From the NCBI GenBank assembly GCA_951406725.2, contig OX597816.1:151900001-151964000 (forward strand): DNA of 64,000 nucleotides. The letters run 5' to 3'. This DNA is from Octopus vulgaris (Eukaryota). Shown piece after piece: positions 1-13,468 of the stretch. A program made the translations under genes and the position numbers. The notes under the pieces are model-generated. The model did not search any database. It saw only the letters and a program-made list of their open reading frames with translations, and was not told where the DNA came from. Each line of letters begins with the position of its first letter. Positions within the stretch are counted from its first letter, which is position 1.

Positions 1-487
1 GCTGGAGAGTTGCACCAGGTTCTAGTCTAATTTGGCTTGGTTTCTATGGCTGGATGACCTTCACAATGCCAATCACTTTACAGTGTGTGCTAAGTGCTTT
101 TAACGTGGCACTGGCATGAGCACTTTTGTATGGCACCAGCATGAGTGCAGGGCTTTTGCAGGCCAATTGTCTTCATCAAGGAGAGCAGTCTTAACGCTTC
201 TGTTGTTGAGGACAGGTTTTCTTGAGTACAGTAAGGCAACAGATATCTCGGTTCTTTGTCATCTCCTCCTTAAGGTTCAGTGTCTTGATGTCACCCTTCA
301 GTACTTTGTCCCATGACTTCCTGGGTCTCCATCTTCTATGAGTTCCATCCACTTCAGTACTTCTTTTTGGAGCTGTTGACATCCATCTGTATCTCATGAC
401 CAAACCAGCAGTCTTCTCTCTTGCTTTCTGCATCTAATTCCTCTTATGTTTAACTTCTCTCTCAATACACCAGCACTCTGTTGCACA
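1..487 (-). mobile_element. Decayed RTE-clade LINE fragment (ORF2 C-terminus and start of 3' UTR)
   Basis: Minus-strand translation ...VLREKLNIRGIRCRKQERRL.../RWRPRKSWDKVLKGDIKTLNLKEEMTKNRD resembles the C-terminus of the RTE copy at 3113-3776 (GRGRPRKTWDEVVKHDLQTLGL). Confidence 0.75.
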
Positions 488-1759
488 TGTGTGTGTGTGT
501 GTTTGTGTGTGTGTTTGTGTGTGTGTGTGCGTGTGTATGAGTGTGTGTGTGTGTGTGTGTGTGTACATATTTTTATACACAGACACAAAAATAAGTACAT
601 AGAGTTATCCAATAGATATAATCAGAATTAAAATTGCTCTAATGCCTGCTTTCTTACACAGGCAGGGGTAGCACAGGTCTGCTGTTCATTCAAGGTGATG
701 ATGAGGATGATAACAATGATGATGATGAAGATATGAAGGTGGAGGATGATGATGGTGACAACGATGCTGCTGCTGCTGATAATGAGGATGATTGGTGAAG
801 TGGTGGAGTGGAAGAGGAGGACGGACAAGTAAAGAGGAGAAGCAGTTACGGAACAGTTGGCACCAAACTGAGTGATGCATCAAGCAAATTATCTCCTGAT
901 AGGAAGTCAGTAGACAATGAAGTAATGAATCAATGAAGCACAGTGGAGAAGCAACAACAATGAGAACAACAAAAACAACAACAATAATAACAACAACAAC
1001 AACAATATGAACATTTAATGAAGTGCTGAAAATTCATCAATAGTTGATTATGAATCAACAGTGTCAACTCTTGGAATCACATAGGCTAGACAGTAACCAT
1101 CATGATTATAGTTTCATTATTTCTCTGTGTCTGCCAGTCTCTCTTTCTCTCTCTCTGCCTCTGCCCGTCACACTCTCTGTCTGTCTGTTTCTGTTTGTCT
1201 GTCTGTCTCATAAATTGTTGGGAACTTTATCAATAAAATCAAATATATTGATAGATCGTTTTGTTTTGGTTTTTGTTTTGGACAAACTGATTGATGTTGT
1301 TGTTTTGTTGTCATTACTGTCTCTGCTGCTGTTAAAACAATAATATTTCATTTTGGTTGCTGTTGCTGTTACTGTTGCTGTTTTTGTTAGTATCCTTATT
1401 GATATTTGATGTTGTTACTTACATTGGTTTTTGCTGCTCTTGTTGTTGCTGCTGCTGCTGATATTGCTCTTTCACACTAGATCAAAGATCAATTCTGATC
1501 GAGCAGACATATATGATCGCAGACTTTCCAATCATGACAAGCATGTCCATTGTTTTTCTAGATGTAGATTTAATCACTTTTATTGTTGCTGTGATGTGGG
1601 AATCTACAGCTTCTGTTTGCAGATTATTAACTCACATTAAAGCCTAAGATGAATAGTAGCTTCCAATGGGAGATGACTCAGACCATGTCAGCATGGAAAG
1701 CTAATGTAAAATGATGATGATGGTGTGGATGAAGACACATTTACAGTGCTAGTAAAGTG

Positions 1760-2120
1760 TTTCATTTAAGACCTTTGATCCCTAGGGATCACAGGCCATG
1801 AGTAATTTTTCTCCACTGTTCATGACTCTGGGTGTCATTAAGGTATGAACCTATCCATCTCCACATGTGTCTTAAAGGAAGGCTTTTATTTTTCTCAAGG
1901 CCTTGTTGGTTTTGAATTGTCATCAACACTTCTTTAACTTTGCTTTTTCTTGGTAGGGATGTTGACTCTATGCAAACCCATTTTTACTTCCAGGAAGAGG
2001 TGGCCCATATTAGTTCAGCTTCTATCCTTTGACCTGTCAAGCAAAGGAGACCCTACAAGGAGCTTGTGCCCTCCTGGCATAGCTCTCAGGATCATTGAAG
2101 CTCACAAATCACTACATTGA
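1760..2120 (-). mobile_element. Bipartite non-autonomous RTE derivative (5' UTR-like segment joined to 3' end)
   Basis: Reverse complement of 2030-2110 (gagcttcaatgatcctgagagctatgccaggagg...gggtctcc...gacaggtcaaagg) resembles RTE/Expander 5' UTRs. Positions 1765-1835 resemble an RTE 3' end. No ORF lies between them. Recognised by eye. Confidence 0.5.
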
Positions 2121-2513
2121 AAAACAAAGACTGGACCTTGCAGTGAATGCTAGCAATCTCAAAAAGTTGGAGTTTTCAAGCATTGAAAACGACCAACTAA
2201 CACACAGTTTGTAAATACAGGTAGAACATTTAAAAAAAATGCAAAACTTAAATTCATAAGTAACTCTTTATTGCTATTATTTTCTGAATTCTAGTGATGC
2301 AATGTACTTTTCTGTTACAGACCAGATCCTTATAAGAAGAACTCAAATAATTAAATAATGAAAGAGAATACACATACAGTTATACATTTATGCATTCATC
2401 CATATGTGCAACTGCATATGCACATGCACACATACACAATCATGTATGCATGCACATGTACAGTATGTGAGTATGAGTGTATATATATGTGTGTGTGTGT
2501 GTGTGTGCATGTG

Positions 2514-3968
2514 ATCATCATCATTGTTTAACATCCGTTTTCCATGCTGGCATGGGTTGGACGGTTTGACTGAGGACTGGCAAGCCAGAAGGCTGCACCA
2601 GGCTCCAATCTGATCTGGCAAGGTTTCTACAGCTGGATGCCCTTCCTAACACCAACCACTCCAAGAATGTAATGGCTGCTTTTTACATGTCAAAGGCATG
2701 GGAGCCAATCAGGTGGCACTGGCATTGACCACGTTCAGATGGTGCCTTTTACATACCACCAACACAGCAGCCAGTCGGGGGGCACTGATATCGACCATGT
2801 TTGGATGGTGCTTTTTACATGCCACTGGCATGGTGAGCCAGTCAGGTGGCACTGGCATTGACTCATGCTTCAATGGTGCTTATTACATGCTACCAGCATG
2901 GGTGCTAGTCAGGTGGCACTGGCATCAGCCATAACTACAATTTCCATTTTGATTTTGATTTTGATTTTACTTGACTCAATAGGTCTTCTCAAGTACAGCG
3001 TATTGCCCAGCAATTCAAGGGTACTTTTAAATGGGCTGGTTATGCAACACTGGTATCAGCCATGGCTGTGATCTCACTTTACTTGCCAGGTCTTCTCAAC
3101 CACAGCATATCTTTAAAGGTCTTGGTCTCTTATCGTTGCCTTTGTGAGGCCCAATGTTTGAAGGTCATGCTTCACCACCTCATCCCATGTCTTCCTGGGT
3201 CTCCCTCTTCCACGGATTCCTTCCACTGTTAGGGTGTGACATTTCTTCACACAGCTCTCCTCATCCATATGCAGCACATGACCAGTGCAGTCATCTCTCT
3301 TGCTCACATCTGATGCTTCTTATGTCCAACATTTCTCTCAAGACGCTTACACTCTGTTCTGTTTGCACACTGACATTATACATCCAGCAGATCATACTAG
3401 CTTCATTTATTTCAAGCCTGTGTATGTCCTCAACAGTCATGGTCGATGTTTCACTGTCGTGTAGCATGGCTGTTTGCACACAGGCATCATACAGTCTACT
3501 TTTCACTCTGAGTGAGAGGCCCTTTGTTACCAGCAGAGGTAGGAGCTTCCTAAACTTTGCCCAGGATATTCTTATTCTAGTGGCAACACTCTCAGAGCAT
3601 TCAACCTCACTGCAGACTTGGTCACCTAGGTAGCAGAAGCTATCAACTACTTCTAGTTTCTCCCCCTGGTATGTAATGGAATCCATTTTCTGTACATTTT
3701 CGGTATTTATTGCTCCTGTGCATCTGCCACACACAAAACTATCTTCCTGGTTAACCTTCCTTTGATATTGCTGCACCTCCTATGTGACCATAGCTTACAC
3801 TGGGTACATCTTATGGAGTTTCTACCTATGCCTTTTCTACAGATTGAGCAGGGCCATCTACCCGAAGGGGTCTGTGACTTGTCTGCCTTCCTACTTCAGT
3901 TTTTGCTAGATTGACTCTAAGGCTCTTCGATTCTAGACCTTGCTTCCACACTTGAATCTTCATCTCTA
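2514..3968 (-). mobile_element. 5'-truncated RTE-clade LINE: RT C-terminal region with PHD finger, 3' UTR and (GAT)n tail
   Basis: Frameshifted translation: VWKQGLESKSLRVNLAKTE / GRWPCSICRKGIGRNSIRCTQCKLWSHRRCSN / FVCGRCTG...LEVVDSFCYLGD...RIRISWAKFRKLLPLL...KSRLYDACVQTAMLHDSET / GRGRPRKTWDEVVKHDL. The 3' UTR ends ...gcatggaaaacggatgttaaacaatgatgatgat. Confidence 0.9.
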
Positions 3969-3994
3969 ATACATACATATGTGTGTGTATGTGT

Positions 3995-4577
<583 letters not shown>

Positions 4578-6151
4578 GTATAATTTTATATGTATGTATA
4601 GCATTGGATTTGATCCTATGTTTTGCCACATAGAAATCACAATTCAATCCTGTGCACAACCAAGATTTTATCCAATGAATGGCTATTATTCACATGATAG
4701 TTCGGTGGTAAGACTAGCACTTTCTATGAGTGAGGCTTACAAATACAGGCAAATTGAGCACCAAATATTCAGAGTGTCTTGGGTGAAGTTGGCACACACA
4801 CACTCTCCTAAATAGCTGTTGTGCAACTGCATATTCAGTCCTGTGCAGCTGCATATTCAACCTGGAATGATCAAAGAAAAAGACACACCATATCACCTGA
4901 ATATGTATTTGATATGTAAAACTTAGCTCAAATGTTGAGTTTCAAGCAAAAACTTTCTGTATGCGTCATATCACACTGTTTCATCTGGATGCTTCCATTA
5001 ACTGTATTGCATGAACATCTTCCTATTAATGTAACAAATTATTTGCCAATACATAAAGAAGCCTTCCATGTTACATATTTATCAACATACACATACACAC
5101 GTATGCATTCACATACATATATTTATAAATTTTTATGGTGTAATATAAAACTTAATGACATATTTTGGAGCATTTAGGACTCCATATATATTCTGTTTGT
5201 GTAATTGTACTTGTATCATTTAGTATGAATCCCAAGTTTGGGTATTTCACAGAGTATATGCAAGACATAAAACAAATCATGGAAGGTTGTTTGTAAGATA
5301 TTTAGTTACATTATCTTACATATGTTTCTTTAACAAAAATCAATTGGTTTATATTCATAATGTAAATTAACATACAAATGTACATGTGTTTGTATGTATA
5401 CATGTATGTATCTGTTAATATAGGCTGTAGTTTTGAAGAACAGTATATTAAATTCATATATATATATATAAATATATATATATATAAATATATGTATATA
5501 TAAATATATATATATATATAACTGTTTAAGTTTAGGTTTAGGGTTAGGGTTAGGGTGAGTATGTAAATGAGTAGTATAAGATGGGAATTCAAATATCATC
5601 ATCATCATCATCATCGTTTAGTGGTTATCACAGAAAGCTCCTCTTATGAACTTGGCTAACAGTCCACATTGTGATCTAGTATAGAGAAGTGTAATGTAGA
5701 GTGTGCAGGCAACTGAAGTCCAGAAAATCCCATTGATGAAATTATTCCACGAGGGGTATGTAAAACATAATAATCAGGATGTATGAGAGGTGAAGATACA
5801 TTTTTATTTAACCTTGTGACATCCTTAGAGTTACAGCTGTTTCACAACCTTCTTCGTGTAGTATCAATTTCAGTATGGAAGAAATTATGCTCGTATATTT
5901 GCATTAATATGCATGCTCGCCATTATACAATACAACTGTATATTCACAAATCAATGTAAGTAAAATGAAAATAGCTTAACAGATCACCAGAACATCATGG
6001 TCACATCAATGATTTAACTCTATATATGTGTGTATGTGTGTGCACTCACACACACATACATGCACACACACACACACACAAACACACACATACATACATA
6101 CATATTTATACATACATACATCTTTATACATACACATACATATATATATAT

Positions 6152-6459
6152 ATCACGTGACCACATGAGCGACCAAGCTATCAGATGTTGCTACACATCG
6201 CTGGTCACAATGCGCTTTGCATTGTTTTAGCCTTCAGATGACGCCACTCCGCTGGCTAAGCGAGCAGGCCAACAGAAGAAAGATGAGAGAAAGTTGTGGC
6301 GAAAGAGTTCAGCAGGGATCGCCACCATCCCCTGCAGGAGCCTCGTGTGGCTATAGGTGTTTTCGCTCAATAAACACTCACAATGCCCGGTCTGGGAATC
6401 GAAACCACGAACCTATGACCGCGAGTCAGCTGCCCTAACCACTGGGCCATTGCGCCTCC
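6152..6459 (-). mobile_element. tRNA-derived SINE, relatively young (CpGs retained)
   Basis: Head ggaggcgcaa-TGGCCCAGTGG (A box)...GGTTTCGATTCC (B box)-cagaccgggc. A related copy lies at 13935-14227. Confidence 0.85.
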
Positions 6460-6486
6460 ACACACACACATATATATGTGTATATT

Positions 6487-6925
6487 TGTGTGTGTATATT
6501 CAAACAACACATCTTCCACCTGTTACACCTGTTGCTTTGTGATTTTTACACTGTTCTCTCAAGAGTCAATTCAATCAAATCACTCATCCTACCTTGATGT
6601 ATATTGATCTCAAGCTTGTTTTATCTTCCAGCACCACTATCTGGCATTTGGCACCTTCTATAGATATTTTTTTACTTATTTTCTTTGTCTTTTTATCCAT
6701 TCTTCCATTCATATATATATGTGTATGTGTAAATATATATATATGTCTACAAGGAAGCGGGATGAAATTAAATGGAAAGCAATATTTTTTCATGTGTCAC
6801 TAAAGCTAATGCTAAAATACTTCCATCTGATTTAATGTTATTATGCAACAAAGTGTACATAACAATCTAGGTTGTTATAGCAGCTGATAATTTCACAAAG
6901 ACAATAATATATGACAATACACATA
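6487..6925. repeat. Inverted duplication, copy A (partner at 43399-43884)
   Basis: Matches the reverse complement of 43399-43884 almost base for base. The ORF track shows the same spurious peptide on opposite strands (6594-6803 + and 43559-43777 -). Confidence 0.95.
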
Positions 6926-7589
6926 CAATAATAATGCACAATGGTTTCTAATATTTTTAATAATAAGGAATTTTAACATAAAGAGTGAGTTGGCTTTGAT
7001 TATAATTTCAAATCCTGCCAACATATTGACTGGCCTGAAGCCTAACATTCTGCTTCTTGATTTTTATTTTTTCATATGACTTAAAGAAGCAGAGGAAGTT
7101 GCCAAAATCCTTTATGGAGCTTCTGAGAGTGGTAAGAGGAAAGGAGCAAGTTATTCACAGAACAGAAAAGACCCAGAAAATATAGTGTCAGGGATCTTGT
7201 CCAATATACTAACTGTTCTGCTCATCCACTGCTCTGGATTTGTTCTTTTTTTATTAATACAAAGTTGACTTCAGCAAGATTTGAACTCAGGGTACAGAGA
7301 ACAAGAACAAATATCAAAGGAAATTCTATCTAATGCCTTAATGACTTAGCCAATTTGTTGCCTTGCCAACAATAAATCATTTTGTATTTTACTTGTTTCA
7401 GTCATTAGACTGTAACCAAGCTGGGGCACCATCTTGAAGGCTTTTAGTCAAACCGATTGACCACAGTACTTATTTTTAAGCTTGAGAATGTAAACAAACC
7501 AACATCGGTTGTTGAGCAGTGGAGTGGACAAACCCAGGCACTAAGATACACACACACACAGTGCAAAGGTTATGAAAAATACAACACAA

Positions 7590-8932
7590 AGACAAAATGA
7601 AAAATAAACATAGAGTTGGTATTATTAGTATGTCACTCAGGAAATAGGTGGGTGGTGGGTGGGGGGAAGGAAATGTCTTTAACATTTCAAGTATTCAACC
7701 TTTTCTGAAAGATAGAATAGACATGGAGAGAAAAGAACATAGAGAGAAAAATGGGGAAATTGAAATGCATGTGGCCAACAGATATGGTATAAAGAGGTTG
7801 CTTTACACATGAGTGGCAAGGTGGTGGTGGCTGGCAACTGTGAGCCTAGTATATATGTGCATGTGTATGTGGTTGCATCAAATAGATAAGTCTGTGTGTG
7901 TAAGTGTACATGTAATGGCAGTCTGTAGGTGTACACTGCTAAAACATGTTGGTGTGTACAGTGTTGAGTTTTTGTAAACAGGTTTGGTGTAGATGTGTGT
8001 GGGATTTTGAATTGGGAATTGTGGGGATGTGTGAGGTGGATAGTGTGTGTAAGTGTATGTGAAGTGGTAAAAATTGGGGTCAAATGAAAAGAGGTTGGTA
8101 TTAAAACAGTTGGGGATTGAAGTCTGGAGAGGAAAAAATAATTCTTGCTCCAGATAATCTGAACATAGCTAGACATTGAAGGCAATGACCAGCCAAGTGG
8201 GAGTGGCAAAAAACTGGAGTGTCATTTCTGAGTTTTATGCCTTGCAAGTGTTTGGCAAAGCAGTCAATGAAGCATTGACCTGTTTGTCTTATATAAGAGG
8301 AGAGGCAAAACGAATTAAGAGATGCAGTAAATGAGATTACAGGAGATGCAGGTGAAGGAATTGGTGACAAGGAAGGAGTGGTGGTTGGTACCAGTGAGGT
8401 TAGTGGTGTTAGAGAGAAAGGAACAGGTGTGGCAGCATGTGCAAGCGCAAAGGAAAGAGCCAGTTTGAGTGCCTAGAGGGGGAAAGAGATATGGACTAGT
8501 AAGTCACCAAAGTTATAGTCACTTAAGTTTGAAGGAAGAAAGGGGTGGCTTAGGGAAGATGTGAGAACTAGTGGGATTAGATTGAAGTGTGCAGAAAACA
8601 TGTAATATAGTGTGTTGAAGGTGAAGTGTAGAGGAATGGTAAGTGAGAGAAGGGAAAGTGTGTACAGGTGGGATAAACACAGGGAAAGAGGGCTGATGCA
8701 TGGTTAAATGACTAAGTGCAAACAAGGCTGGCTTGGTTTACAGTGGGTGGGGGTAACCTTGAAGGGTAAAGTAGCAGGCTATGAGTTAGGAGTTTGTCTC
8801 AAAATCATGTTTGTCACTACAAAGCTGATGGAGATGGAGGAACTGAGAGCAGGTGTGGAGAGTCTGGTGTAAATGGATGAGAAGAGGTGAAGTTGAAGTA
8901 GTTGTTGGAGTCCATAGGCTTGTAGAGGATAC
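7590..8932 (-). mobile_element. Penelope-like element relic (RT thumb, GIY-YIG endonuclease, downstream pseudo-LTR-like region)
   Basis: Minus-strand CSQFLHLHQLCSDKHDFETNS matches the PLE YSQFLRLRRLCS motif. SSYIRQTGQCFIDCFAKHLQGIKLRNDTPVFCH matches YIGQTGR...RF.EH...PV..HF. The 3' region resembles 38450-38720. Confidence 0.75.
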
Positions 8933-8996
8933 ATGTGTGTGTATGTGTATATGTGTGTGTGTATGTATATATGTATATATGTGTATATATATATGT

Positions 8997-9029
<33 letters not shown>

Positions 9030-9257
9030 GTTTAACGTCCGTTTTCTGCGCTAGCACGGGTTGGACGGTTCGACCGGGGTCTGGGAAGCCAGGGGCTGCA
9101 CCAGGCTCCAGTCTGATCTGGCAGAGTTTCTACAGCTGGATGCCCTTCCTAACGCCAACCACTCTGCGAGTGTAGTGGGTGCTTTTTACATGCCATCTGC
9201 ACAGGTGCCAGAGGGGTCCGGCATCGGCCACGATCGGTTGGAGCTTTTAACATGGCA
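8997..9257 (-). mobile_element. RTE 3' UTR fragment with (GAT)n tail
   Basis: (cat)n-cgtttaacgtccgttttc...ctacagctggatgcccttcctaacgccaaccactc is the same terminus as the 2514-3968 element. Confidence 0.85.
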
Positions 9258-12200
9258 TGTGTATGTATATATATATAAATATGAAGCACCACCTGATATC
9301 TATCTATCTATCTTTATATATATATATATATATACATATATAAACAATGGTCTTCCACACAGTTTCCATCTATGAAATTCACAAGGCATTGTTCAGCTTG
9401 AGGTTATAGAAGTAGACACATGCACAAAGTGCCACATAATAGGACTGAACAGTGATTTTTTTTACATAAGTTTAATACCACAAATCATTAGGGCATGATG
9501 TAATTGACTAAACTAACTTCAGTATCATCATCATCATCATCGTTTAACGTCCGCTTTCCATGCTAGCATGGGTTGGACTATATATCAATTATTTAATACA
9601 AAACATGATTTACACACCGAGAATCACAACACAAGCTTTCTTATCACATTTTTCATCAGAAATTTTCTTTGAATTGTGCTAAAACTGATTTTGATGTTTC
9701 AAAATTTTTTCTAAACAATCCTAGATTTCCAAAGCACACCCATTTTATCAAAGTCATTTGAGAAATAAGGAAATGATTTGATATAAGTTAGAAATAATAG
9801 TAATAATTCTCACATAAACTCAATAATACCCAAAAAATCCAGTAACAATACAATAGTAACAACATATAATAACACAATACAGTAATTCTTTATCATGATA
9901 CACCAGTATTGCAGATGTAATTATACAATTACTTTGAAGTTCAGATATATTCATACATGCACAATATTACTTTTAATACTAGATAAAGGTATTCATATAG
10001 CTGGCTCTATTGTAAGAAACTGTTGTCTGATTCTCCATAGAATACATTATTTAAATAAAGAACGATGTAATATACTACATAATTTACTACAATAAAAGTT
10101 TTATTCAGTTAAATACTGTATAATTGCAGCAGATTACCAAGTGGTATAATGATAATTATGATATAATGGATGTATATGGGATACAAAGGAAGTATGGGAA
10201 TGACATGCAACATTTTCTTTGGTTGTCAGTGATTTACTTTGCCCCTGCATATCTCCATCTAATGTTTGAGGAGTACTTTCCCTTGCTTCATCTGAGAGTA
10301 ATTTTCATTAGCTCTAATGAGTTTTCTTCTCATTACAGTTATAAATTCCATAGGTTAAAAATTACTATTGTTAAATATGGTAGCCTGGGAAATTTTCCTT
10401 TGTCTTCATGGAGTATATTATGGATAAAGTTTTCCCTGTGGAACTTCCTTGTCTCCAGCCTACTGATTGTAATTGAAAATCACAGATAAGAGGATTATGA
10501 TGCAATAGCTCAATCAAAAAGTGAACTTACATAATAAACTTCACTTGGTGACAGCTTGCTATTTATTACCCTAAGCACTTTGTAAAATAAAAGCTGCTAC
10601 AAATCTGATACAAACCTGTAAAAGATTATGCATTTACAATACAAGTCAATGTGGTACAAAATAATAATGTTAGATCTCAACTAAGCATGTGGCTGGCTGT
10701 GATTACATACCATTCATAAGACTCAGTAAGGTCAAAATGTGTCTGGCCTTCTTCTTAGCTGCTGCTGAGACAATTTTTCATCTCCCTCCAATAAGCTGTG
10801 TTTTTAAACACAGCACATCTATAAGACATGTTATGTCCTGAGAAATGCCATCATAAACTGTCTTTCAATTACGTATTTACATTAAATATAACACATAGAT
10901 GCCTCTATTTACGTTGTAGTGTTTTAATAAAGTACATGATACTATATATTATATTCAATATAATAATATAAAATAATAGCAAATACAATATAGTGAAGTA
11001 TAACATTATTTCAATAAAATATAATATAGAATATATTTAAAAAAAAACAAACAAAAAACAATAGAATAAAAGATTTATTTTATGGAATATTGCAAGAAGA
11101 TAATATTTCAAAATTAAACAGTTCTATGATTTTACATTTGCAGACATATTGTGAGGATGCCTATTCTTAAAATAACAGCATATCATTTTAAAACAGACAT
11201 CATCACAACAAAGAAACCAAAAATGTGCAGATAAAATAAGGATGGCAAAAAGAAATGCATGAATGAATAAATAAATATAAAAGATGAATTTAGCAATCAC
11301 ATTATGGATTGCAAGGGGGAAAAAAATAATATAAAAACATTTAATGAAAGCTCAAGATCACAATATATGGCAAATCAGTGGTATGAAATACAGTTGATAG
11401 ACATGGAGAATTAGAACATCAAATTTAAAGCTAAACAATGTTTAGTTTCAGTCTTCTATGTTCTGAGTTCATAATCTCATTGGAGGGTTATTTTGTCTTC
11501 TATTCTTCTGTAGTCATCATCATCATTTCCACACCCATTTTGCCATACTGGCATGAACTGGATGGGTTTCATCCACAGCCCTTCATCAAAGGAAACTGGG
11601 CCAACTCTGCTTTTGTGTTCATCATATTCATTTTGCCCTGGCTTTTATGAATAGATACTTTAGCACCACCAACTATAATTGCCAGTCCTACCATGCCACC
11701 AGCATTAGAGAGGTTGTCTGTTGCTGGCTAAAGAATCAGCCTCTGTTTTGTATTAGTTCTCATTTAGAATTGCTGCCCTCCTAGATACGTAGGTTGCCTG
11801 TATTGCAACTTGTGATGTCTATGCCTCTACCAAATATTAGTAATATACTGGATAAAAATTTATACCTTGACCAAATAAGTTCTTATTGCTTGTTTCGTTA
11901 CTGGTGAACTGAGTTTGCAACATAGATTCAATTCAGTACAGAGCCAATTCAATTTATTAACCCTCTAAATCATATGAAAAAGTAGGCATATCAGGTGCAT
12001 TCATGGTTGTGTGGTTACGAAACTTGCCTTGCAATCACATGGTTTTGGGTTCAGTTCTACTGCATGGCACCTTGAGCAAGTATCTTATACTATCTCCCAC
12101 AAGCCAATGAATGCCTTGTGAGTCAATTTGGTAGAAAGAAACTATGTGGAAGCCCGTTGTATATATATATTTGTGTGTATGTGTGGTGTGTGAAGATGCA

Positions 12201-12524
12201 TGGCTTCGTAGTTAGGGTTGTTGCACTCACAATATTGTGGTTTCAATTCTTTGACTGGGTAATGTGTTGAGTTCTTGAGCAAAACACTTTGTAATCACAT
12301 TGCTCTGCAATCATTTTGACATCTGCCAAAAGGCATGCTTGAGCACCTGTACAGACATTGTCAGTTTGATGGAGGGTATGAGGTTAGGTGAACACGACCA
12401 TTTGACCACTATAAACAAATCATGAATGTTTTTTTTCAAGAAGAAATTGCAGAGAAACCTCATCTGCCATCTAACAATGAAAGAGTCCACAATATATATA
12501 TATATGTATGTATGCATATATATG

Positions 12525-12592
<68 letters not shown>

Positions 12593-12955
12593 TGTATGTA
12601 TGTATGTATGTATGTATGTATGTATGCATGTATGTGTATATGCATGTGTCTTTTGTGCTTGTGTTTTATCCGCCAGTGCTTGCCAACTAGTGTATATATA
12701 TGTATATATATATATATATGTATATATATATACGTTTAGTAGATGAAACTTTAGCGACTGAAGAAGGGGATTTTTCGTTGTGCTTATTGTCCTGTATCTC
12801 CTTTTTTTGCTTGTCTTGTTCCTTGGTTTGTGTCTATGTTTTTCGTCTCTCTATGTGTTCGACGTCCTTTGGTGTCCTGTACACATATATGCGTGTATAT
12901 GTACATGTAGAGGTAGGTACGTACATATATGTTTATATATATGCATATTTTTATT

Positions 12956-13008
<53 letters not shown>

Positions 13009-13100
13009 TTTACTAATCCATTAAGATAAGATCAACTAAAGAAGTAATTGATCCAGTGACAAATAAATATCATTTAATGTACACCATATGAAGATAAGAA

Positions 13101-13260
13101 CTACTAATAGTTTCTTTCTGTGAAGATATGTGGCTAGGCACGTTTTAATAACTCTGGCTCTGAGCATTGCTTGGAGCCTGAAGTTAGCTTGGAGACACAA
13201 GGAGTATTATAAAAACCTACCTAGACACATGTCTTCACAGCAAGAAACTGCTACAAGTAG
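13101..13260. repeat. Imperfect inverted repeat (hairpin 1), ~55-bp arms
   Basis: agtttctttctgtgaagatatgtggctaggcacgttttaataactc pairs with gagtattataaaaacctacctagacacatgtcttcacagcaagaaact. Confidence 0.85.
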
Positions 13261-13275
13261 TGTGTGTGTGTGTAT

Positions 13276-13468
13276 ACAATTGCAGTGTGGAAGGTGTTTA
13301 TAAGCCATTTAAAAACACACAAAAACTGTTAGATTCACTTAAACATTTAAATTTAATTTGTCAAAACATTTTCTTCAGTTTGACAAGTTAAATTTATATG
13401 TTGAAGAGAATCTAATGGTTTTTGTGTGTTTTTAAATAGCTTATAAGCACCTACCATGCTGCAATTGT
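13276..13468. repeat. Imperfect inverted repeat (hairpin 2), ~90-bp arms, ~12-nt loop
   Basis: acaattgcagtgtggaaggtgtttataagccatttaaaaacacacaaaaac...gtcaaa pairs with tttgac...gtttttgtgtgtttttaaatagcttataagcacctaccatgctgcaattgt. Confidence 0.9.

Noticed and set aside
4714-4896. Possible downstream synaptotagmin exon (ag...gt-bounded open frame)
   Set aside because: The translation has no C2B similarity.
6380-6459. tRNA gene
   Set aside because: A and B boxes are present, but the sequence continues into a repeated SINE body and no clean cloverleaf is evident.
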